NCBI GenBank assembly: GCA_964016885.1
Contig: OZ024744.1
Span: 3,472,001-3,536,000, forward strand
From: Eledone cirrhosa
Lineage: Eukaryota
Direction of reading: 5' to 3'
DNA length: 64,000 bases
A program made the translations under genes and the position numbers. Below the pieces are notes generated by a model, which did no database searches, was not told where the DNA came from, and saw only the letters and a program-made list of their open reading frames with translations. Positions 39,601 to 52,000 of the stretch are shown here, one piece after another (position 1 is the stretch's first letter; each line of letters starts with the position of its first letter).

Positions 39601-42600
39601 GGGGAAGACAAGGTAGAGAAAGATAGCTTGGTGAAGAACGACGTTTTGTGGGAAGACAAGGTAGAGAAAGATAGCTTGGTGAAGAACGAAGTTTTGGGGA
39701 AAGACAAGGTAGAGAAAGATAGCTTGGTGAAGAACGAAATTTTGGGGGAAGACAAGGTAGAGAAAGATAGCTTGGTGAAGAACGAAGTTTTGGGGGAAGA
39801 CAAGGTAGAGAAAGATAGCTTGGTGAAGAACGAAGTTTTGGGGAAGACAATGTAGAGAAAGATAGCTTGGTGAAGAACGAAGTTTTGGGGGAAGACAAGG
39901 TAGAGAAAGATAGCTTGGTGAATAACAAAGTTTTGGGAGAAGACAAGGTCGAGAAAGATAGCTTGGTGAAGAACGAAATTTTGAGGGAAGACAAGGTAGA
40001 GAAAGATAGCTTGGTGAAGAACGACGTTTTGAGGGAAGACAAGATAAAGAAAGATAGCTTGGTGAAGAACGACGTTTTGTGGGAAGACAAGGTAGAGAAA
40101 GATAGCTTGGTGAAGAACGAAGTTTTGGGGGAAGACAAGGTAGAGAAAGATAGCTTGGTGAAGAACGAAGTTTTGGGGGAAGACAAGGTAGAGAAAGATA
40201 GCTTGGTGAAGAACGATGTTTTGGGGAAGACAATGTAGAGAAATATAGCTTGGTGAAGAACGAAGTTTTGGGGGAAGACAAGGTAGAGAAAGATAGCTTG
40301 GTGAAGAACGAAGTTTTGAGGGAAGACAAGGTATAGAAAGATAGCTTGGTGAATAACGAAGTTTTGGGAGAAGACAAGGTAGAGAAAGATAGCTTGGTGA
40401 AGAACGAAGTTTTGAGGGAAGACAATGTAGAGAAAGATAGCTTGGTGAAGAACGAAGTTTTGGGGGAAGACAAGGTAGAGAAAGATAGCTTGGTGAAGAA
40501 CGAAGTTTTGGGGGAAGACAAGGTAGAGAAAGATAGCTTGGTGAAGAACGAAGTTTTGAGGGAAGACAAGGTAGAGAAAGGTAGCTTGGTGAAGAACGAC
40601 GTTTTGTGGGAAGACAAGGTAGAGAAAGATAGCTTGGTGAAGAACGAAGTTTTGTGGGAAGACAAGGTAGAGAAAGATAGCTTGGTGAAGAACGAAGTTT
40701 TGGGGGAAGACAAGGTAGAGAAAGATAGCTTGGTGAAGAACGAAGTTTTGGGGGAAGACAATGTAGAGAAAGATATATTGGTGAAGAACGAAGTTTTGGG
40801 GGAAGACAAGGTAGAGAAAGATAGCTTGGTGAAGAACGAAGTTTTGAGGGAAGACAAGGTAGAGAAAGATAGCTTTGTGAACAACGAAGTTTTGGGGGAA
40901 GACAAGGTAGAGAAAGATAGCTTGGTGAAGAACGAAGTTTTGGGGAAGACAATGTAGAGAAAGATATATTGGTGAAGAACGAAGTTTTGGGGGAAGACAA
41001 GGTAGAGAAAGATAGCTTGGTGAAGAACGAAGTTTTGAGGGAAGACAAGGTAGAGAAAGATAGATTGGTGAATAACGAAGTTTTGGGAGAAGACAAGGTA
41101 GAGAAAGATAGCTTGGTGAAGAACGACGTTTTGAGGGAAGACAAGGTAGAGAAAGATAGCTTGGTGAAGAACGAAGTTTTGGGGAAGACAAGGTAGAGAA
41201 AGATAGCTTGGTGAAGAACGACGTTTTGAGGGAAGACAAGGTAGAGAAAGATAGCTTGGTGAAGAACGAAGTTATGGGGAAGACAATGTAGAGAAAGATA
41301 GCTTGGTGAAGAACGAAGTTTTGGGGGAAGACAAGGTAGAGAAAGATAGCTTGGTGAAGAACGAAGTTTTGGGGGAAGACAAGGTAGAGAAAGATAGATT
41401 GGTGATGAACGAAGTTTTGAGGGATGACAAGGTAGAGAAAGATGACTTGGTGAAGAACGAAGTTTTGGGGGAAGACAAGGTAGAGAAAGATAGCTTGGTG
41501 AAGAACGAAGTTTTGGGGGAAGACAAGGTAGAGAAAGATAGCTTGGTGAAGAACGAAGTTTTGGGGGAAGACAAGGTAGAGAAATATAGCTTGGTGAAGA
41601 ACGAAGTTTTGAGGGAAGACAAGGTAGAGAAAGATAGCTTGGTGAAGAACGACGTTTTGTGGGAAGACAAGGTAGAGAAAGATAGCTTGGTGAAGAACGA
41701 CGTTTTGAGGGAAGACAAGGTAGAGAAAGATAGCTTGGTGAAGAACGACGTTTTGTGGGAAGACAAGGTAGAAAAAGATAGCTTGGTGAAGAACGAAGTT
41801 TTGGGGGAAGACAAGGTAGAGAAAGATAGCTTGCGAAGAACGAAGTTTTGGGGCAAGACAAGGTAGAGAAAGATAGCTTGGTGAAGAACGAAGTTTTGGT
41901 GGAGGACAAGGTAGAGAAAGATAGCTTGGTGAAGAACGACGTTTTGAGGGAAGACAAGGTAGAGAAAGATAGCTTGGTGAAGAACGAAATTTTGACGGAA
42001 GACAAGGTAGAGAAAGATAGCTTGGTGAAGAATGACGTTTTGTGGGAAGACAAGGTAGAGAAAGATAGCTTGGTGAAGAACGATGTTTTGGGGAAGACAA
42101 TGTAGAGAAAGATAGCGTGGTGAAGAACGAAGTTTTGGGGGAAGACAAGGTAGAGAAAGATAGCTTGGTGAAGAACGAAGTTTTGAGGGAAGACAAGGTA
42201 TAGAAAGATAGCTTGGTGAATAACGAAGTTTTGGGAGAAGACAAGGTAGAGAAAGATAGCTTGGTGAAGAACGAAGTTTTGAGGGAAGACAATGTAGAGA
42301 AAGATAGCTTGGTGAAGAACGAAGTTTTGGGGGAAGACAAGGTAGAGAAAGATAGCTTGGTGAAGAACGAAGTTTTGGGGGAAGACAAGTTAGAGAAAGA
42401 TAGCTTGGTTAAGAACGAAGTTTTGAGGGAAGACAAGGTAGAGAAAGATAGCTTGGTGAAGAACGACGTTTTGTGGGAAGACAAGGTAGAGAAAGATAGC
42501 TTGGTGAAGAACGAAGTTTTGTGGGAAGACAAGGTAGAGAAAGATAGCTTGGTGAAGAACGAAGTTTTGGGGGAAGACAAGGTAGAGAAAGATAGCTTGG

Positions 42601-43026
42601 TGAAGAACGAAGTTTTGGGGGAAGACAAGGTAGAGAAAGATAGCTTGGTGAACAACGAAGTTTTGGGGGAAGACAAGGTAGAGAAAGATAGCTTGGTGAA
42701 GAACGAAGTTTTGGGGAAGACAATGTAGAGAAAGATATATTGGTGAAGAACGAAGTTTTGGGGGAAGACAAGGTAGAGAAAGATAGCTTGGTGAAGAACG
42801 AAGTTTTGAGGGAAGACAAGGTAGAGAAAGATAGATTGGTGAATAACGAAGTTTTGGGAGAAGACAAGGTAGAGAAAGATAGCTTGGTGAAGAACGACGT
42901 TTTGAGGGAAGACAAGGTAGAGAAAGATAGCTTGGTGAAGGACGAAGTTTTGGGGAAGACAATGTAGAGAAAGATAGCTTGGTGAAGAACGAAGTTTTGG
43001 GGGAAGACAAGGTAGAGAAAGATAGC
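33641..43026 (+). repeat. Tandem duplication of a 4,693-bp (98-monomer) unit (33641-38333 / 38334-43026)
   Basis: ORFs 33833/38526, 35174/39867, 36610/41303 and 38047/42740 are offset by 4,693. Shared rare variants GATTGCTTGG, GATAGCGTGG and GAAGGACGAAG. Confidence 0.9.
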
Positions 43027-46000
43027 TTGGTGAAGAACGAAGTTTTGGGGGGAAGACAAGGTAGAGAAAGATAGCTTGGTGAAGAACGACGTTTTGAGGG
43101 AAGACAAGGTAGAGAAAGATAGCTTGGTGAAGAACGAAGTTATGGGGAAGACAATGTAGAGAAAGATAGCTTGGTGAAGAACGAAGTTTTGGGGGAAGAC
43201 AAGGTAGAGAAAGATAGCTTGGTGAAGAACGAAGTTCTGAGGGAAGACAAGGTAGAGAAAGATAGCTTGGTGAAGAATGACGTTTTGTGGGAAGACAAGG
43301 TAGAGAAAGATAGGTTGGTGAAGAACGAAGTTTTGTGTGAAGACAAGCTAGAGAAAGATAGCTTGGTGAAGAACGAAGTTTTGGGGGAAGACAAGGTAGA
43401 GAAAGATAGATTGGTGATGAACGAAGTTTTGAGGGATGACAAGGTAGAGAAAGATGACTTGGTGAAGAACGAAGTTTTGGGGGAAGACAAGGTAGAGAAA
43501 GATAGCTTGGTGAAGAACGAAGTTTTGGGGGAAGACAAGGTAGAGAAAGATAGCTTGGTGAAGAACGAAGTTTTGGGGGAAGACAAGGTAGAGAAATATA
43601 GCTTGGTGAAGAACGAAGTTTTGAGGGAAGACAAGGTAGAGAAAGATAGCTTGGTGAAGAACGACGTTTTGTGGGAAGACAAGGTAGAGAAAGATAGCTT
43701 GGTAAAGAACAACGTTTTGAGGGAAGACAAGGTAGAGAAAGATAGCTTGGTGAAGAACGACGTTTTGTGGGAAGACTAAGGTAGAAAAAGATAGCTTGGT
43801 GAAGAACGAAGTTTTGGGGGAAGACAAGGTAGAGAAAGATAGCTTGCGAAGAACGAAGTTTTGGGGCAAGACAAGGTAGAGAAAGATAGCTTGGTGAAGA
43901 ACGAAGTTTTGGGGGAGGACAAAGTAGAGAAAGATAGCTTGGTGAAGAACGACGTTTTGAGGGAAGACAAGGTAGAGAAAGATAGCTTGGTGAAGAACGA
44001 AATTTTGACGGAAGACAAGGTAGAGAAAGATAGCTTGGTGAAGAATGACGTTTTGTGGGAAGACAATGTAGAGAAAGATAGCTTGGTGAAGAACGAAGTT
44101 TTGAGGGAAGACAAGGTAGAGAAAGATAGCTTGGTGAATAACGAAGTTTTGGGGAAGACAATGTAGAGAAAGATATATTGGTGAAAAACGAAGTTTTGGG
44201 GGAAGACAAGGTAGAGAAAGATAGCTTGGTGAAGAACGAAGTTTTGGGGAAGACAATGTAGAGAAAGATAGCTTGGTGAAGAACGAAGTTTTGGGGGAAG
44301 ACAAGGTAGAGAAAGATAGCTTGGTGAAGAACGACGTTTTGAGGGAAGACAAGGTAGAGAAAGATAGCTTGGTGAAGAACGAAGTTATGGGGAAGACAAT
44401 GTAGAGAAAGATAGCTTGGTGAAGAACGAGGTTTTGGGGGAAGACAAGGTAGAGAAAGATAGCTTGATGAAGAACGAAGTTCTGAGGGAAGACAAGGTAG
44501 AGAAAGATAGCTTGGTGAAGAACGAAGTTTTGGGGGAAGACAAGTTAGAGAAAGATAGCTTGGTGAAGAACGAAGTTTTGAGGGAAGACAAGGTAGAGAA
44601 AGATAGCTTGGTGAAGAACGACGTTTTGTGGGAAGACAAGGTAGAGAAAGATAGCTTGGTGAAGAACGAAGTTTTGTGGGAAGACAAGGTAGAGAAAGAT
44701 AGCTTGGTGAAGAACGAAGTTTTGGGGGAAGACAAGGTAGAGAAAGATAGCTTGGTGAAGAACGAAGTTTTGGGGGAAGACAAGGTAGAGAAAGATAGCT
44801 TGGTGAACAACGAAGTTTTGGGGGAAGACAAGGTAGAGAAAGATAGCTTGGTGAAGAACGAAGTTTTGGGGAAGACAATGTAGAGAAAGATATATTGGTG
44901 AAGAACGAAGTTTTGGGGGAAGACAAGGTAGAGAAAGATAGCTTGGTGAAGAACGAAGTTTTGAGGGAAGACAAGGTAGAGAAAGATAGATTGGTGAATA
45001 ACGAAGTTTTGGGAGAAGACAAGGTAGAGAAAGATAGCTTGGTGAAGAACGACGTTTTGAGGGAAGACAAGGTAGAGAAAGATAGCTTGGTGAAGGACGA
45101 AGTTTTGGGGAAGACAATGTAGAGAAAGATAGCTTGGTGAAGAACGAAGTTTTGGGGGAAGACAAGGTAGAGAAAGATAGCTTGGTGAAGAACGAAGTTT
45201 TGGGGGGAAGACAAGGTAGAGAAAGATAGCTTGGTGAAGAACGACGTTTTGAGGGAAGACAAGGTAGAGAAAGATAGCTTGGTGAAGAACGAAGTTATGG
45301 GGAAGACAATGTAGAGAAAGATAGCTTGGTGAAGAACGAAGTTTTGGGGGAAGACAAGGTAGAGAAAGATAGCTTGGTGAAGAACGAAGTTCTGAGGGAA
45401 GACAAGGTAGAGAAAGATAGCTTGGTGAAGAATGACGTTTTGTGGGAAGACAAGGTAGAGAAAGATAGGTTGGTGAAGAACGAAGTTTTGTGTGAAGACA
45501 AGCTAGAGAAAGATAGCTTGGTGAAGAACGAAGTTTTGGGGGAAGACAAGGTAGAGAAAGATAGATTGGTGATGAACGAAGTTTTGAGGGATGACAAGGT
45601 AGAGAAAGATGACGTGGTGAAGAACGAAGTTTTGGGGGAAGACAAGGTAGAGAAAGATAGCTTGGTGAAGAACGAAGTTTTGGGGGAAGACAAGGTAGAG
45701 AAAGATAGCTTGGTGAAGAACGAAGTTTTGGGGGAAGACAAGGTAGAGAAATATAGCTTGGTGAAGAACGAAGTTTTGAGGGAAGACAAGGTAGAGAAAG
45801 ATAGCTTGGTGAAGAACGACGTTTTGTGGGAAGACAAGGTAGAGAAAGATAGCTTGGTGAAGAACAACGTTTTGAGGGAAGACAAGGTAGAGAAAGATAG
45901 CTTGGTGGAGAACGACGTTTTGTGGGAAGACTAAGGTAGAAAAAGATAGCTTGGTGAAGAACGAAGTTTTGGGGGAAGACAAGGTAGAGAAAGATAGCTT

Positions 46001-49000
46001 GCGAAGAACGAAGTTTTGGGGCAAGACAAGGTAGAGAAAGATAGCTTGGTGAAGAACGAAGTTTTGGGGGAGGACAAGGTAGAGAAAGATAGCTTGGTGA
46101 AGAACGACGTTTTGAGGGAAGACAAGGTAGAGAAAGATAGCTTGGTGAAGAACGAAATTTTGACGGAAGACAAGGTAGAGAAAGATATATTGGTGAAGAA
46201 CGAAGTTTTGAGGGAAGACAAGGTAGAGAAAGATAGCTTGGTGAATAACGAAGTTTTGGGGAAGACAATGTAGAGAAAGATATATTGGTGAAAAACGAAG
46301 TTTTGGGGGAAGACAAGGTAGAGAAAGATAGCTTGGTGAAGAACGAAGTTTTGAGGGAAGACAAGGTAGAGAAAGATAGCTTGGTGAATAACGAAGTTTT
46401 GGGAGAAGACAAGGTAGAGAAAGATAGCTTGGTGAAGAACGACGTTTTGAGGGAAGACAAGGTAGAGAAAGATAGCTTGGTGAAGAACGAAGTTTTGGGG
46501 AAGACAATGTAGAGAAAGATAGCTTGGTGAAGAACGAAGTTTTGGGGGAAGACAAGGTAGAGAAAGATAGCTTGGTGAAGAACGACGTTTTGAGGGAAGA
46601 CAAGGTAGAGAAAGATAGCTTGGTGAAGAACGAAGTTATGGGGAAGACAATGTAGAGAAAGATAGCTTGGTGAAGAACGAGGTTTTGGGGGAAGACAAGG
46701 TAGAGAAAGATAGCTTGATGAAGAACGAAGTTCTGAGGGAAGACAAGGTAGAGAAAGATAGCTTGGTGAAGAACGAAGTTTTGGGAGAAGACAAGGTAGA
46801 GAAAGATATCTTGGTGAAGAACGAAGTTTTGACGGAAGACAAGGTAGAGAAAGATAGCTTGGTGAAGAATGACGTTTTGTGGGAAGACAAGGTAGAGAAA
46901 GATAGGTTGGTGAAGAACGAAGTTTTGTGTGAAGACAAGCTAGAGAAAGATAGCTTGGTGAAGAACGAAGTTTTGGGGGAAGACAAGGTAGAGAAAGATA
47001 GATTGGTGAAGAACGAAGTTTTGAGGGAAGACAAGGTAGAGAAAGATAGCTTGGTGAAGAACGACGTTTTGTGGGAAGACAAGGTAGAGAAAGATAGCTT
47101 GGTGAAGAACGAAGTTTTGTGGGAAGTCAAGGTAGAGAAAGATAGCTTGGTGAAGAACGAAGTTTTGGGGGAAGACAAGGTAGAGAAAGATAGCTTGGTG
47201 AAGAACGAAGTTTTGGGGAAGACAAGGTAGAAAAAGATAGCTTGGTGAATAACGAAGTTTTGGGAGAAGACAAGGTAGAGAAAGATAGCTTGGTGAAGAA
47301 CGACGTTTTGAGGGAAGACAAGGTAGAGAAAGATAGCTTGGTGAAGAACGAAGTTTTGGGGAAGACAATGTAGAGAAAGATAGCTTGGTGAAGAACGAAG
47401 TTTTGGGGGAAGACAAGGTAGAGAAAGATAGCTTGGTGAAGAACGAAGTTTTGGGGGAAGACAAGGTAGAGAAAGATAGCTTGGTGAAGAACGACGTTTT
47501 GAGGGAAGACAAGGTAGAGAAAGATAGCTTGGTGAAGAACGAAGTTTTGGGGAAGACAATGTAGAGAAAGATAGCTTGGTGAAGAACGAAGTTTTGGGGG
47601 AAAACAAGGTAGAGAAAGATAGCTTGTTGAAGAACGAAGTTCTGAGGGAAGGCAAGGTAGAGAAAGATAGCTTGGTGAAGAACGAAGTTTTGGGAGAAGA
47701 CAAGTTAGAGAAAGATATCTTGGTGAAGAACGAAGTTTTGACGGAAGACAAGGTAGAGAAAGATAGCTTGGTGAAGAATGACGTTTTGTGGGAAGACAAG
47801 GTAGAGAAAGATAGCTTGGTGAAGAACGAAGTTTTGTGTGAAGACAAGCTAGAGAAAGATAGCTTGGTGAAGAACGAAGTTTTGTGGGAAGACAAGGTAG
47901 AGAAAGATAGATTGGTGAAGAACGAAGTTTTGAGGGATGACAAGGTAGAGAAAGATGACTTGGTGAAGAACGAAGTTTTGGGTGAAGACAAGGTAGAGAA
48001 AGATAGCTTGGTGAAGAACGAAGTTTTGGGGGAAGAGAAGGTAGAGAAAGATAGCTTGGTGAAGAACAAATTTTTGAGGGAAGACAAGGTAGAGAAAGAT
48101 AGCTTGGTGAATAACGAAGTTTTGGGAGAAGACAAGGTAGAGAAAGATAGCTTGGTGAATAACGAAGTTTTGGGAGAAGACAATGTAGAGAAAGATAGCT
48201 TGGTGAAGAACGAAGTTTTGGGGGAAGACAAGGTAGAGAAAGATAGCTTGGTGAAGAACGAAGTTCTGAGGGAAGACAAAGTAGAGAAAGATAGCTTGGT
48301 GAAGAACGAAGTTTTGGGAGAAGACAAGGTAGAGAAAGATATCTTGGTGAAGACGAAGTTTTGACGGAAGTCAAGGTAGAGAAAGATAGCTTGGTGAAGA
48401 ATGACGTTTTGTGGGAAGACAAGGTAGAGAAAGATAGGTTGGTGAAGAACGAAGTTTTGTGTGAAGACAAGCTAGAGAAAGATAGCTTGGTGAAGAACGA
48501 AGTTTTGGGGGAAGACAAGGTAGAGAAAGATAGATTGGTGAAGAACGAAGTTTTGAGGGATGACAAGGTAGAGAAAGATGACTTGGTGAAGAACGAAGTT
48601 TTGGGGGAAGACATGGTAGAGAAAGATAGCTTGGTGAAGAACGAAGTTTTGGGGGAAGACAAGGTAGAGAAAGATAGCTTGGTGAAGAACGAAGTTTTGG
48701 GGGAAGACAAGGTAGAGAAAGATAGCTTGGTGAAGAACGAAGTTTTGAGGGAAGACAAGGTAGAGAAAGATAGCTTGGTGAATAACGAAGTTTTGGGAGA
48801 AGACAAGGTAGAGAAAGATAGCTTGGTGAAGAACGATGTTTTGAGGGAAGACAAGGTAGAGAAAGATAGCTTGGTGAAGAACGACGTTTTGAGGGAAGAC
48901 AAGGTAGAGAAAGATAGGTTGGTGAAGAACGAAGTTTTGTGTGAAGACAAGCTAGAGAAAGATAGCTTGGTGAAGAACGACGTTTTGTGGGAAGACAAGG

Positions 49001-52000
49001 TAGAGAAAGATAGCTTGGTGAAGAACGAAGTTTTGGGAAAGACAAGGTAGAGAAAGATAGCTTGGTGAAGAACGAAATTTTGGGGGAAGACAAGGTAGAG
49101 AAAGATAGCTTGGTGAAGAACGAAGTTTTGGGGGAAGACAAGGTAGAGAAAGATAGCTTGGTGAAGAACGAAGTTTTGGGGAAGACAATGTAGAGAAAGA
49201 TAGCTTGGTGAAGAACGAAGTTTTGGGGGAAGACAAGGTAGAGAAAGATAGCTTGGTGAATAACAAAGTTTTGGGAGAAGACAAGGTCGAGAAAGATAGC
49301 TTGGTGAAGAACGAAATTTTGAGGGAAGACAAGGTAGAGAAAGATAGCTTGGTGAAGAACGAAGTTTTGGGGAAGACAATGTAGAGAAAGATAGCTTGGT
49401 GAAGAACGAAGTTTTGGGGGAAGACAAGGTAGAGAAAGATAGCTTGGTGAAGAACGACGTTTTGTGGGAAGACAAGGTAGAGAAAGATAGCTTGGTGAAG
49501 AACGAAGTTTTGTGGGAAGACAAGGTAGAGAAAGATAGCTTGGTGAAGAACGAAGTTTTGGGGGAAGACAAGGTAGAGAAAGATAGCTTGGTGAACAACG
49601 AAGTTTTGGGGGAAGACAAGGTAGAGAAAGATAGCTTGGTGAAGAACGAAGTTTTGGGGAAGACAATGTAGAGAAAGATATATTGGTGAAGAACGAAGTT
49701 TTGGGGGAAGACAAGGTAGAGAAAGATAGCTTGGTGAAGAACGAAGTTTTGAGGGAAGACAAGGTAGAGAAAGATAGCTTGGTGAATAACGAAGTTTTGG
49801 GAGAAGACAAGGTAGAGAAAGATAGCTTGGTGAAGAACGACGTTTTGAGGGAAGACAAGGTAGAGAAAGATAGCTTGGTGAAGAACGAAGTTTTGGGGAA
49901 GACAATGTAGAGAAAGATAGCTTGGTGAAGAACGAAGTTTTGGGGGAAGACAAGGTAGAGAAAGATTGCTTGGTGAAGAACGAAGTTTTGGGGGGAAGAC
50001 AAGGTAGAGAAAGATAGCTTGGTGAAGAACGACGTTTTGTGGGAAGACAAGGTAGAGAAAGATAGCTTGGTGAAGAACGAAGTTTTGGGGAAAGACAAGG
50101 TAGAGAAAGATAGCTTGGTGAAGAACGAAATTTTGGGGGAAGACAAGGTAGAGAAAGATAGCTTGGTGAAGAACGAAGTTTTGGGGGAAGACAAGGTAGA
50201 GAAAGATAGCTTGGTGAAGAACGAAGTTTTGGGGAAGACAATGTAGAGAAAGATAGCTTGGTGATGAACGAAGTTTTGGGGGAAGACAAGGTAGAGAAAG
50301 ATAGCTTGGTGAATAACAAAGTTTTGGGAGAAGACAAGGTCGAGAAAGATAGCTTGGTGAAGAACGAAATTTTGAGGGAAGACAAGGTAGAGAAAGATAG
50401 CTTGGTGAAGAACGACGTTTTGAGGGAAGACAAGATAAAGAAAGATAGCTTGGTGAAGAACGACGTTTTGTGGGAAGACAAGGTAGAGAAAGATAGCTTG
50501 GTGAAGAACGAAGTTTTGGGGGAAGACAAGGTAGAGAAAGATAGCTTGGTGAAGAACGAAGTTTTGGGGGAAGACAAGGTAGAGAAAGATAGCTTGGTGA
50601 AGAACGATGTTTTGGGGAAGACAATGTAGAGAAATATAGCTTGGTGAAGAACGAAGTTTTGGGGGAAGACAAGGTAGAGAAAGATAGCTTGGTGAAGAAC
50701 GAAGTTTTGAGGGAAGACAAGGTATAGAAAGATAGCTTGGTGAATAATGAAGTTTTGGGAGAAGACAAGGTAGAGAAAGATAGCTTGGTGAAGAACGAAG
50801 TTTTGAGGGAAGACAATGTAGAGAAAGATAGCTTGGTGAAGAACGAAGTTTTGGGGGAAGACAAGGTAGAGAAAGATAGCTTGGTGAAGAACGAAGTTTT
50901 GGGGGAAGACAAGGTAGAGAAAGATAGCTTGGTGAAGAACGAAGTTTTGAGGGAAGACAAGGTAGAGAAAGGTAGCTTGGTGAAGAACGACGTTTTGTGG
51001 GAAGACAAGGTAGAGAAAGATAGCTTGGTGAAGAACGAAGTTTTGTGGGAAGACAAGGTAGAGAAAGATAGCTTGGTGAAGAACGAAGTTTTGGGGGAAG
51101 ACAAGGTAGAGAAAGATAGCTTGGTGAAGAACGAAGTTTTGGGGGAAGACAATGTAGAGAAAGATATATTGGTGAAGAACGAAGTTTTGGGGGAAGACAA
51201 GGTAGAGAAAGATAGCTTGGTGAAGAACGAAGTTTTGAGGGAAGACAAGGTAGAGAAAGATAGATTGGTGAATAACGAAGTTTTGGGAGAAGACAAGGTA
51301 GAGAAAGATAGCTTGGTGAAGAACGACGTTTTGAGGGAAGACAAGGTAGAGAAAGATAGCTTGGTGAAGAACGAAGTTTTGGGGAAGACAAGGTAGAGAA
51401 AGATAGCTTGGTGAAGAACGACGTTTTGAGGGAAGACAAGGTAGAGAAAGATAGCTTGGTGAAGAACGAAGTTATGGGGAAGACAATGTAGAGAAAGATA
51501 GCTTGGTGAAGAACGAAGTTTTGGGGGAAGACAAGGTAGAGAAAGATAGCTTGGTGAAGAACGAAGTTTTGGGGGAAGACAAGGTAGAGAAAGATAGATT
51601 GGTGATGAACGAAGTTTTGAGGGATGACAAGGTAGAGAAAGATGACTTGGTGAAGAACGAAGTTTTGGGGGAAGACAAGGTAGAGAAAGATAGCTTGGTG
51701 AAGAACGAAGTTTTGGGGGAAGACAAGGTAGAGAAAGATAGCTTGGTGAAGAACGAAGTTTTGGGGGAAGACAAGGTAGAGAAATATAGCTTGGTGAAGA
51801 ACGAAGTTTTGAGGGAAGACAAGGTAGAGAAAGATAGCTTGGTGAAGAACGACGTTTTGTGGGAAGACAAGGTAGAGAAAGATAGCTTGGTGAAGAACGA
51901 CGTTTTGAGGGAAGACAAGGTAGAGAAAGATAGCTTGGTGAAGAACGACGTTTTGTGGGAAGACAAGGTAGAAAAAGATAGCTTGGTGAAGAACGAAGTT

